41,605 nt of DNA, taken from contig CAZKSP010000001.1 of assembly GCA_964555385.1 (NCBI GenBank), positions 1 to 41,605 of the forward strand. Reading direction: 5' to 3'. Shown piece by piece: positions 9,803 to 18,049 of this stretch (its first letter is position 1; the number at the start of each line of letters is the position of its first letter). The stretch comes from an uncultured Chitinophagaceae bacterium (GTDB lineage Bacteria > Planctomycetota > Planctomycetia > Pirellulales > UBA1268). The notes beneath the pieces are model-generated. The model saw nothing but the letters and a program-made list of their open reading frames with translations. It did no database searches and had not been told where the DNA came from. The position numbers were made by a program, and so were the translations under genes.

Positions 9803-11128
9803 ATGCCATTCTCCCGTCGCCAGCTGCTGCAAACCACCTCCTGCGGCTTTGGGTCCCTCGCCTTCCAGGCTCTTTGCAGCCAGACAGCCGCAGCTGGAAC
9901 AACCAGCATTCCGGCCAGGGCCAAGCGGGTGATCTTCCTCTGTATGAGTGGCGGTCCAGCCCAGCTCGACACCTTCGACTACAAGCCACAGACGGGCAAC
10001 AAGCCCCATCCTGGCTCCATTGTTCCCTTTCGCAGGCATGGCGAGAGTGGCCTTTGGATCTCAGATCTGCTCCCGAAAACCGCCCGGCATGCCGACCAGC
10101 TCTGCGTGATCAACGGCATGCATGCCGACACGACGATCCATGCGCAGTCGTTTTTGCAACTACACACCGGGGAGCGGCTGCGAAAACGGCCGAGCCTTGG
10201 CTCATGGATCAGCTACGGCCTGGGCACAGAAAACGAAAATCTGCCTGGCTTCATCAGCCTGAACACCTCAAAACGATCGGTCTACTCGTCAAGTTTTCTG
10301 CCGGCAGTCCACAACGGCACACCGATTGGGGTCAACGGTGAAAACATGTCGACCGCCACGATCGCCAATCTCGAAGGCGGTCAGTTGCCACCGGCTGCCC
10401 GCCGACACCAGCTCGACTTTGTGCAGCAACTCAATCGCCGGCATGCAGCTGCTCGGAAAGCAGACGACCACCTTGAGCATGTCATCGAGTCGATGGAACT
10501 CGGCTTCCGGATGCAGACTGCTGCTCCTGGACTTCTCGATTTAAGCACCGAGTCAGCCGCCACGCTGGCACGCTATCGGGTCGGCCGGAAGGAGGAACAG
10601 ATCGGCACCTGCAAGCCGAGTGACTTCGGCCGGCAGTGCCTGTTGGCACGCAGGTTCGCCGAGGCAGGGGTGCGGTTCATCGAGGTCAATCACGGCAGTT
10701 GGGACCAGCACAAGAACCACCGCCGTGACCTCACCGCGAACTGTGAGGCGACCGACGCGCCGATTGCAGCCTTGCTACAGGATCTCCGTGAACGCGGCCT
10801 GCTCGAAGACACGTTGGTGGTCTGGGGTGGCGAGTTTGGCCGCCCGGGTCTTACCCCGAACGACGGCAAGGACGAAACGGGCCACAACGCCCGCGGCTTC
10901 ACCTTCTGGCTTGCTGGCGGCGGGGTCAAGGGCGGCCACGTCCACGGCAAAACCGATGGCACAGGCGGGCGGGCAGTCGAGGGCAAGGTTCACTTCCGCG
11001 ATTTGCATGCCACGATCCTCCATCTGCTCGGGCTGGCAGCAAATGACTTAACCTACTGGTATGCCGGTCGCCACCATCGGTTGACTGGTCCCGAGGGGGG
11101 CCAGGTCGTCCAGGAGCTGTTCGCATAG
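9803..11128 (+). CDS. DUF1501 domain protein (sulfatase/phosphatase-like fold, Tat signal)
   Basis: Twin-arginine leader [21 protein letters not shown]. Typical DUF1501 blocks: [40 protein letters not shown]-like [12 protein letters not shown] lies 5 nt upstream of ATG 9803. In-frame alternatives are ATG 9746 and ATG 9779. Confidence 0.9.
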   Translation: MPFSRRQLLQTTSCGFGSLAFQALCSQTAAAGTTSIPARAKRVIFLCMSGGPAQLDTFDYKPQTGNKPHPGSIVPFRRHGESGLWISDLLPKTARHADQLCVINGMHADTTIHAQSFLQLHTGERLRKRPSLGSWISYGLGTENENLPGFISLNTSKRSVYSSSFLPAVHNGTPIGVNGENMSTATIANLEGGQLPPAARRHQLDFVQQLNRRHAAARKADDHLEHVIESMELGFRMQTAAPGLLDLSTESAATLARYRVGRKEEQIGTCKPSDFGRQCLLARRFAEAGVRFIEVNHGSWDQHKNHRRDLTANCEATDAPIAALLQDLRERGLLEDTLVVWGGEFGRPGLTPNDGKDETGHNARGFTFWLAGGGVKGGHVHGKTDGTGGRAVEGKVHFRDLHATILHLLGLAANDLTYWYAGRHHRLTGPEGGQVVQELFA

Positions 11129-11178
11129 CGGACGTAGGCGACGAGATCGTTTCGGTCGGCCAACTGGTGTTCTGCGTC

Positions 11179-11352
11179 ATGGATGACCCTTCATTCTTTG
11201 TTGGCTGGGGCACGCTCTCGCTGATCAACGCCGGACTCGCCCAAGGAAAGGGCCGCAGCGGCCTCATGTGGTGTCTGCTCTCCCTGCTCCTCGGGCCACT
11301 CGCCACGTTGCTGATCGTGGTTCTGGACCGGGTCCGGTCGCCTGATTTGTGA
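11179..11352 (+). CDS. Small membrane protein (hypothetical)
   Basis: 57 aa from ATG 11179 (the ORF track starts at GTG 11167). The pattern GWGTLSLINAGLAQGKGRSGLMWCLLSLLLGPLATLLIVVL is a recurring two-helix small-protein pattern (..NA.LAQ.K.RSG..W...SLLLGPLAT). No function is inferable. Confidence 0.5.
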   Translation: MDDPSFFVGWGTLSLINAGLAQGKGRSGLMWCLLSLLLGPLATLLIVVLDRVRSPDL

Positions 11353-11542
11353 GGCTTCCGGGATCGGAGATGGCCGACCGCTGGTGGGCTTCCGACTGGC
11401 TATCCACTCTGAGTGACCGCTGGTTTGCTGTCTACCGGGATGGTGGTGGCTTTGGTGGCACCCCTGAAGCGCACCTTCAGCACCGACAGAAGACCGGCAT
11501 CATGAATGAATTGCTTTCTTGCGTTCATTCTCGCGATTGGCC

Positions 11543-12892
11543 TCACTGCGTGTTCTGGTCTATCTGGCCCTGCTTGCCTCCAGCCCGGAATAGCCAGAAG
11601 CCAACAGCCGAGACGATCACAATCGTAGCGGTACCAGCGAGCTGCCAGGGGTCGTGGAGACACATCAGCACAGCAAAGCCAGCCGTGGAGGCGATGTAGA
11701 CACCGGCGGCGGCAAGGACTGCCCAGGCGGGGCGGGCAACTGCAGCGCCATCAGCGGTTCGCGGCACAAACAGTGTGGCGACCGTAAGGGCTGAACAGAG
11801 CGAGAGCGTCACTCCGAGCAATCCAAGCAAGTCACGAATCGTCACCAGCTGCACCATGCTCACCGCCAGGGCTGCCTGCACCAGCACGGCCCGGCTACGG
11901 CCACGGGCACCAGCCAGCCAGGTTGGCAGAAAGCCGTCGTCAGCAATCGCCACGACAACACGTGAGCCGGCCATCGTCATGCCAGCTGCAGCAGACAGTG
12001 TCGAGAGCACAATTGCCAGTCGCATCCACCACTCGAACGGCGGCCCTCCCAACGCCGCCGCCGCCACAGCAGCCACCTCAGGCTGACCGGCGAGATCAGC
12101 CAGCCGAGCCGACCGCAGGAAGACGTCATTGAGCAGCAAATAAATGGCGGTCACCAGCAGGGTGCCGATGAGAACCGCCAGCGGCACAGTGCGGCGGGGT
12201 GACCGGGCCTCTGAGGCAATGTAGACCGCCTCGTTGAACCCGGTGTAACTGAACATGACCCACATCACCGTCATCGCAAAGCTGCCGACTGACAGCCCTC
12301 CGGCTGTGATCGGCTCAGCGAGAGCGGCATCGCCCTCGGCAATCGCGGTATAGCCCCAGACGATCAGCCCGCAGATGGCCAGCATCTTCACGGCGACCAG
12401 CGCCGTATTCAGACCTGCCGCCAGCCGACCCGCCTCGACATGCACAAGGCCGCAGACGATTACCACTGCTGTCGCAAAGGCCTGCGGAGGCAGCCAGTCC
12501 GGCAGCCCGACCAAGGGGCTGGCGTAGGCCTGGCAGGTCAACGCCGCAAAGGCAATTGCGCCACTGAAGCCTGCCGTCAGCGAAACCGTGCCAGCCAGAA
12601 AGCCAAAGAACGGATGCAACGACCGCGACAGATAGAGGTACTCGCCGCCCGACTGCGGCAGTCGAAAGGCAAGCGCTCCGTAGGCGACCGCCCCACAACT
12701 GGCAATCAGGCCACCGACTGCCCAGGCTGCCAGCACGGCAGCCGGCGAGCCGAGCGACTCGAGGGCAAAGCCCGAGGTTGTAAACACGCCAGAACCAATC
12801 ATGCCGGTGACCACCAACGCGGTGAGCGTCGGCAGGCCATACCCGCCGGCAACAGGTTTAGTTCCAGCCTTGTCTGTGGCAGACGGGTTCAC
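11543..12892 (-). CDS. APC-superfamily amino acid / polyamine permease
   Basis: 449 aa with about 12 predicted hydrophobic helices. N-terminal GSGVFTTSG motif typical of APC transporters. The GTG start (12892..12890) overlaps the upstream methyltransferase stop (GTGA). Confidence 0.88.
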   Translation of the reverse strand: MNPSATDKAGTKPVAGGYGLPTLTALVVTGMIGSGVFTTSGFALESLGSPAAVLAAWAVGGLIASCGAVAYGALAFRLPQSGGEYLYLSRSLHPFFGFLAGTVSLTAGFSGAIAFAALTCQAYASPLVGLPDWLPPQAFATAVVIVCGLVHVEAGRLAAGLNTALVAVKMLAICGLIVWGYTAIAEGDAALAEPITAGGLSVGSFAMTVMWVMFSYTGFNEAVYIASEARSPRRTVPLAVLIGTLLVTAIYLLLNDVFLRSARLADLAGQPEVAAVAAAALGGPPFEWWMRLAIVLSTLSAAAGMTMAGSRVVVAIADDGFLPTWLAGARGRSRAVLVQAALAVSMVQLVTIRDLLGLLGVTLSLCSALTVATLFVPRTADGAAVARPAWAVLAAAGVYIASTAGFAVLMCLHDPWQLAGTATIVIVSAVGFWLFRAGGKQGQIDQNTQ

Positions 12893-13683
12893 TCTGCGGC
12901 TGATCCAGTGGGCCGGCGGAACCGCAGCAGATAATTTTCCTTGAAGGCCGGCACCGCTACCTCGTCAACAAACTCAAAGCCGGCCGCCTCGACCTCCTGC
13001 CGCACCGTCTCTTTTCCAGCCCGCACATGCCCGAGGATCCACTCCCGCGACACCCCCTCAACCCGCTCAAAGTCGACCACCACAAACAGGCCACCCGGCA
13101 CGAGGGCCTGCCGAATGGAGGCGAGCATCTCGGGGTGCTGTTCAAAGTGGTGGTAGGTATCACAGGTGAAAACAGTGCTGACGCTTGCCGCTGAAAGCTT
13201 GGTTGAGGTGGCGGTGGAGTGGACCGCCGCGATATTAGACAGCCGCTCGTCGCGGATGCGTCTCTCCACAAACTCGATCAGCCGGGGGGAGATATCGACA
13301 GCATAGACCCGCCCCTCCGACCCGACCGCTTGAGAGAACATCGCCAAAAAAGCCCCTGTGCCACAGCCGACATCGGCAATTCTCGCCCCAGGCGCGAGCC
13401 GCAAGGCATCAAGAATTGCCTCCCGGGCATGAAAGACCTCGCGGCTTTCGACCTCGAAACGATCGACCCATTCCTGAGGATCGAGGTCGGGGTCAAGGAA
13501 CTTGCTGTTGATGCCTACTCCCGGTGCAGCCGGCGGAGCGGCAGCCAGTGTCGACACCAGCAGAAGTTGGGTAGCCAGCAGCAGTACGACACCCCTCAAT
13601 GCGCGAAAGCGAGCCTGCCAGATCGGTGGGCGACACGCCATGAGCAAATCCTTTCTGTGGGGGCTTGAGATTACTGGTCCCAT
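12889..13683 (-). CDS. Class I SAM-dependent methyltransferase with an N-terminal signal-like hydrophobic segment
   Basis: Motif I IADVGCGTGAF, a post-I acidic residue (VYAVDIS), and LVPGGLFVVVDF. The N-terminus RFRALRGVVLLLATQLLLVSTLAAAPPAA looks like a signal peptide or anchor. Start is ATG 13683 or ATG 13641. Confidence 0.85.
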   Translation of the reverse strand: MGPVISSPHRKDLLMACRPPIWQARFRALRGVVLLLATQLLLVSTLAAAPPAAPGVGINSKFLDPDLDPQEWVDRFEVESREVFHAREAILDALRLAPGARIADVGCGTGAFLAMFSQAVGSEGRVYAVDISPRLIEFVERRIRDERLSNIAAVHSTATSTKLSAASVSTVFTCDTYHHFEQHPEMLASIRQALVPGGLFVVVDFERVEGVSREWILGHVRAGKETVRQEVEAAGFEFVDEVAVPAFKENYLLRFRRPTGSAAE

Positions 13684-13762
13684 TCTACGTCACCTGTCTG
13701 ATCACAACGCAAGATCCCACGGGCCGAGCAGGTGTTTTCCTTTCTCCGTTACACTATTTTGG

Positions 13763-13954
13763 ATGAAGAAAAACCTGGTGCTCTGTGCCGCCGTTATGCT
13801 CTCTGGATGTCGTGGTTCAACTGAAGTTGAATCACCCGTGATGGTCGAACGGCAACATGTGCACTATCACGTCCATGGAACCGATGTTGCACATGGCCAC
13901 AACCATGACGACTTTTCCACCGGGGGACATACTCATGAACATGGCGACCACTAA
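13763..13954 (+). CDS. Small histidine-rich lipoprotein (hypothetical)
   Basis: ATG 13763 inside ORF 13502..13954 gives MKKNLVLCAAVMLSGC (signal peptide + lipobox LSGC). The 47-aa mature part has 11 His (HVHYHVHGTDVAHGHNHDDFSTGGHTHEHGDH). Its stop overlaps the start region of the following DUF1559 gene. No obvious Shine-Dalgarno. Confidence 0.55.
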   Translation: MKKNLVLCAAVMLSGCRGSTEVESPVMVERQHVHYHVHGTDVAHGHNHDDFSTGGHTHEHGDH

Positions 13955-14837
13955 GTCTACCGCTAGCCGACGAAACGCCTTTACGCTCGTCGAACTCCTG
14001 GTGGTGATCGCTATCATCGGCGTGTTGGTGGCCATACTGCTACCGGCGGTCCAGCAGGCACGTGAGTCGGCTCGAATGACCAGCTGCAAGAACAACCTCA
14101 AGCAGTTCGGCGTGGCGATGCACAACTATGAGACCGCCCGCAAGCACCTGCCAACCGGGTATGAGTATGAGTATGCCGCCAGCGGTAATACCAAGGGCTT
14201 TTCCTGGGGCACGCTGCTGCTGCCGCTGATTGAAGAGCCCGCGATCTACGACCAGATCGACTTCAGGAAGCCGCTGTACCATGCCGACAACTTGCTGGCT
14301 CGTGAGACCCATCTGCCAACGTTTCTTTGCCCAACCGACACTATCTCACCCACCGGGTACGTCGAGATGGGTCCGGGCGAACGATTCGCGATGGCCTGTT
14401 ACGCCGCCAACTTTGGACCACCCGACCTCGACGCCACTCAGGAACAGCGGGCTGGTGTCTTCAGCCGCAACAGCCGAACCCGACTGGCTGAGATCACCGA
14501 CGGTCTTTCCAAGACGCTGATGCTAGGTGAACGGCAGAACGGGCCCTTTCGGGCCGGTGCCAGTCACGGCAACCATTTTGAGTACGAGACGGCCTGGAGC
14601 GGTGCAATTCGTGACTTCGACGATCCCACCGATGACCACGGCCACATGGTGCTGTTCCAGACCGGAAACACCCCCAACAGCCCACAGAGCGATGATCGCG
14701 ACGTCTCAGCAGCGCATGACACTCTGGCGTTGTTTCTGATGTGCGACGGGTCGGTGCGGCCGATCGATCAGGCAATCAGTGCCGCGGTCTATACCAACCT
14801 GGGCACCCGGGCCGGGGCTGAACTGATTAACGAGTAG
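13935..14837 (+). CDS. DUF1559 domain protein (type II secretion pseudopilin-like, H-X9-DG)
   Basis: Prepilin-type N-terminal methylation/cleavage motif RRNAFTLVELLVVIAIIGVLVAILLPAVQQARESARMTSCKNNLKQ. C-terminal H-X9-DG motif (HDTLALFLMCDGSV). Start is ATG 13935 (GGGGGA 7 nt upstream) or ATG 13941. Confidence 0.9.
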   Translation: MNMATTKSTASRRNAFTLVELLVVIAIIGVLVAILLPAVQQARESARMTSCKNNLKQFGVAMHNYETARKHLPTGYEYEYAASGNTKGFSWGTLLLPLIEEPAIYDQIDFRKPLYHADNLLARETHLPTFLCPTDTISPTGYVEMGPGERFAMACYAANFGPPDLDATQEQRAGVFSRNSRTRLAEITDGLSKTLMLGERQNGPFRAGASHGNHFEYETAWSGAIRDFDDPTDDHGHMVLFQTGNTPNSPQSDDRDVSAAHDTLALFLMCDGSVRPIDQAISAAVYTNLGTRAGAELINE

Positions 14838-14884
14838 TATTTTGAATGAACGCTGGACACCTTTTTCTCTTTGAGGCTCTTTCC

Positions 14885-15937
14885 ATGAAACGTTTTCAAG
14901 CACGCTGGGTGATCGGACAACTGACAGTGACTGGTCTGCTGCTGGTGGCAACCATTTGTCCGGCGACTGCTGCCAACCCGACCGGTGGTCAGCCCACTGT
15001 CGGTCAGATTGAAAGGCTCGACCCCAGGTTTGACGCGTTGGTTCCTGCTGGAGCCCAGATTGAGGTGCTCGCCATGGGCTTCGACTGGTCAGAGGGGCCA
15101 GTCTGGACCGGTGACGGGGAGGGTGGGCTGCCGGCTGACTCGTTGTTATTCAGCGATGTACCCCAGAATCACATTCACCGCTGGCATGCAAAAGACGGAC
15201 TGTCGATCTTCATGGAGCCATCGGGCTTCACCGGCCCAGCCGCCTACAGTCGTGAACGGGGTAGCAACGGCCTCGCCCTCGACCTTCAGGGCCGCTTGCT
15301 CTGTTGTGAACATGGTGATCGCCGTGTGAGCGTCCTGACCAAGGGAGGTGGCAAGCGGACACTGGCTGATCATTGGGATGGCAACCGGTTCAACAGCCCC
15401 AATGACCTTGCCGTGCACTCCTCCGGCGCCATTTACTTCACCGATCCGGCCTATGGCCTGCCAAAGGGCTTCAATGATCCCAGCCGCGAGATCGACTTCT
15501 GCGGTGTTTATCGAATCGAACCCACCGGAAAGGTGAGCCTCGTATGCGAGACAATGACTCGACCGAATGGCATTGCTTTTTCGCCTGACGAAAAGAAACT
15601 TTACGTCGCCCAGTCGGACCCTGAGGCACCAATCTGGAAGGTGTTCTCGGTCCAAGCAGACGGCACCCTCGATGCCGGGCGGATCTTTTTCGATGCCAGC
15701 GATCTCGCCAAGACCCGGCAAGGCATGCCCGACGGTTTCACGGTTGACACCGCCGGTAACCTGTTTGCCACGGGTCCTGGCGGCGTGCTGGTCATCGCCC
15801 CCGATGGCACCCATCTGGGCACCATGCTGACCGGCCAGAAGACGGCGAACTGCTGCTTTGGCGAGGACGGCAAGACGCTCTTCATCACCGCCGACATGCT
15901 GCTGTGCCGAGTCCGGCTGACCACTGCCGGCTGGTAA
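14885..15937 (+). CDS. SMP-30 / gluconolactonase / LRE-like beta-propeller protein, secreted
   Basis: Signal peptide from ATG 14885 (MKRFQARWVIGQLTVTGLLLVATICPATAA). Blocks: WSEGPVW, NGLALDLQGRLLCCEHG.RRV, FNSPNDLAVHSSGAIYFTDP, RPNGIAFSPDEKKLYVA, PDGFTVDTAGNLF. Confidence 0.85.
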   Translation: MKRFQARWVIGQLTVTGLLLVATICPATAANPTGGQPTVGQIERLDPRFDALVPAGAQIEVLAMGFDWSEGPVWTGDGEGGLPADSLLFSDVPQNHIHRWHAKDGLSIFMEPSGFTGPAAYSRERGSNGLALDLQGRLLCCEHGDRRVSVLTKGGGKRTLADHWDGNRFNSPNDLAVHSSGAIYFTDPAYGLPKGFNDPSREIDFCGVYRIEPTGKVSLVCETMTRPNGIAFSPDEKKLYVAQSDPEAPIWKVFSVQADGTLDAGRIFFDASDLAKTRQGMPDGFTVDTAGNLFATGPGGVLVIAPDGTHLGTMLTGQKTANCCFGEDGKTLFITADMLLCRVRLTTAGW

Positions 15938-16315
15938 TCAGTGCCCGGTCGGCCAGGCAAAGAGGCGAATCCGATTTCCGTCGGGATCGGCGGTAACCAG
16001 TTCCCGGAAACCCTCCGGATGGGTTTTTGGCTCGACCAGTTCGGCTCCTGCTTCCCGCAGGCGGAGATGGACGGCTTCAAGATCGACTACCTCAAAGCCG
16101 AGGCTCCAGCGGCTGCTGGCCTCCCCGGCTGAGTCACGGCTGAGAATCGCGACGCGGGTGTCCCCTGCTTCAAACAAGGCATAGCCGTCATCCATCACCC
16201 GAACCAGCACCCGCAGACCAAGGACGTGTCGGTACCAGTCGACCATGTCGGTCCAGCGGGACGTCCGTAGCTCGACGCTGAACAGCGTCGGTCGGTGATG
16301 GATGGGAAGGGTCAC
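15938..16315 (-). CDS. VOC family protein (glyoxalase/bleomycin-resistance fold)
   Basis: 125 aa. GTG start with AGGAGG 8 nt upstream. The pattern W.D.V.WY..VLGL......DDGYALFEAGD..V.IL ... DPDGN.I..F is typical of VOC/glyoxalase-I-like proteins. Confidence 0.75.
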   Translation of the reverse strand: MTLPIHHRPTLFSVELRTSRWTDMVDWYRHVLGLRVLVRVMDDGYALFEAGDTRVAILSRDSAGEASSRWSLGFEVVDLEAVHLRLREAGAELVEPKTHPEGFRELVTADPDGNRIRLFAWPTGH

Positions 16316-16534
16316 AGAAACAGCCTCCTACAGGGGCAGCGAGGCCGGGGATTCCACCGCGAGACTCGCTCCACACCCGGTTTGTACCGCGAAGCCCCCG
16401 CAGCTACCAGTGTCTGACTTGTGATAGCTGACAGCAGAGGTTGGGCTTCTCGAAATCGGCTGAACAAACGAGACTATATCCTTTCCATCCGAGTGGTAAA
16501 TGTCCACTCGTCCACCCGTCACCCCTGCCATCCG

Positions 16535-18028
16535 ATGCCCGACGCTTCTCCTTCAACTCCTCCCGCCACCACTGCAACCGCCCTCGAGCAGGCCCGCCGC
16601 GACAAGCTGGCGAAGCTCTGCGAACTCGGAGTCGACCCCTGGGGCCAGCGGTTTGACGATACGCTGGCAATCACCGAGGTCCGAACTCAGGGCGAGGACC
16701 TCGACCAGGCTGCCACCGAAGGCCCAACCGTGCGGGTGGCTGGCCGCATCATGCTCCTGCGGAACGCCGGCCGGCTGGTCTTCCTCGATCTGGTCGACCG
16801 CACCGGCCGCATCCAGGTGATGATCGGGAAGAAGCAGGTCGGCCCTGAAGCCTGGCCGGTTGTCGGCTGCCTCGACCTTGGCGACATCATCGGTGTCGAG
16901 GGCAGACTCGGCTATTCAAACTCTGGCGAGATGACGGTCTTCGCCAGCAGCCTGACGTTTCTGACCAAGTCACTCGAGACCCCTCCCGATAAATACCATG
17001 GGCTGGTCGACACCGAACTGCGGCAACGGATGCGGTACCTCGACCTCATCCACGGCGAGGGTGTCCGCGACCGCTTTGTCGCCCGCAGCCGGATCATCGC
17101 ATCGATTCGCCAGACGCTGACCGACCGAGGCTACCTTGAGGTTGAAGGCCCGACCCTCCAGGAGACCGCTGGCGGAGCCGCCGCCCGGCCGTTCAAAACC
17201 CACCACAATGCCCTCGACATGCCGCTCGTACTGCGGATCGCGCTTGAGTTGCATCTGAAGCGGCTGCTGGTCGGCGGCCTGGAACGGGTCTTTGAGCTTG
17301 GTCGGGTTTACCGCAACGAGGGCATCAGCCCGCGACACAACCCCGAGTTCACCATGCTTGAAGCCTATGAGGCCTATGGTGACTACGGCACGATGATGGA
17401 TCTCACCGAGGCGATTCTGATCGCCGCGGGGAAAGCTGCCGGAGCCCCCGAGACCTTTCACTGGATGGGCCATGAGGTCAGCCTGAAGCCACCCTTTCCC
17501 CGGAAGCGGTATGACGATCTGCTGGCCGAGGTAACCGGCTGCGATCCGAATGACCCGGCCAGCATCGCCGCCGCCGCCACCCGGCAGGAGATCGAAACTG
17601 CCGGCCGACATCCCGATGTCATCAAGAGCGAACTCTTCGAGGCCACGGTCGAGAAGACTCTCTCCGGACCGATCTTCGTCATCGACTATCCCGCCGCTGT
17701 CTGCCCGCTCACCAAACGCAAGGCCGACACGCCGAACATCGCCGAGCGATTCGAGCTCTATGTCGCCGGCATGGAACTCGCCAACGCCTACACCGAACTC
17801 AACGACCCCGACTTGCAGGAAGAACTCTTCCGCACCCAGTTGGCTGGCCTACCGGACGATGAGTCGATGGCCCGGATGGATACCGACTTCATCAAGGCCC
17901 TGCGGCACGGCATGCCGCCGGCTGGTGGTCTTGGCATCGGAATCGACCGACTGGTGATGTTCCTGACGCAGGCCGCGTCGATCCGCGATGTCATCCTGTT
18001 TCCCATTCACCGCCCGCACGGAAGCTGA
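16535..18028 (+). CDS. lysS: Lysine--tRNA ligase (class II)
   Basis: ORF trimmed to ATG 16535. Has an OB-fold anticodon-binding region (VRVAGRIMLLRNAGRLVFLDLVDRTGRIQV) and class II motifs (YLEVEGPTLQ, FELGRVYRNEGIS.RHNPEFTMLE.Y.AY, PPAGGLGIGIDRLVM). Confidence 0.95.
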   Translation: MPDASPSTPPATTATALEQARRDKLAKLCELGVDPWGQRFDDTLAITEVRTQGEDLDQAATEGPTVRVAGRIMLLRNAGRLVFLDLVDRTGRIQVMIGKKQVGPEAWPVVGCLDLGDIIGVEGRLGYSNSGEMTVFASSLTFLTKSLETPPDKYHGLVDTELRQRMRYLDLIHGEGVRDRFVARSRIIASIRQTLTDRGYLEVEGPTLQETAGGAAARPFKTHHNALDMPLVLRIALELHLKRLLVGGLERVFELGRVYRNEGISPRHNPEFTMLEAYEAYGDYGTMMDLTEAILIAAGKAAGAPETFHWMGHEVSLKPPFPRKRYDDLLAEVTGCDPNDPASIAAAATRQEIETAGRHPDVIKSELFEATVEKTLSGPIFVIDYPAAVCPLTKRKADTPNIAERFELYVAGMELANAYTELNDPDLQEELFRTQLAGLPDDESMARMDTDFIKALRHGMPPAGGLGIGIDRLVMFLTQAASIRDVILFPIHRPHGS

Positions 18029-18049
18029 CGCCGTCGGGGTCTCGCCGCC

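Noticed and set aside
11353-11542. 190-nt spacer between convergent genes, with the hairpin GAATGAA...TTCATTC (about 11502..11528), screened as a possible sRNA or terminator
   Set aside because: It has only a 7-bp AT-rich stem with a 13-nt loop and no U-tract or conserved RNA core that I recognise. This is insufficient to call a feature.
13502-13762. Upstream part of ORF 13502..13954
   Set aside because: It overlaps the methyltransferase gene on the opposite strand. Only the portion from ATG 13763, with a signal peptide and lipobox, looks like a real protein.
16490-16510. 7-bp hairpin CGAGTGG-N7-CCACTCG, 25 nt upstream of the lysS start
   Set aside because: It is real as a sequence feature, but too small and generic to assign a regulatory role. 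There is no T-box or L-box-like context.
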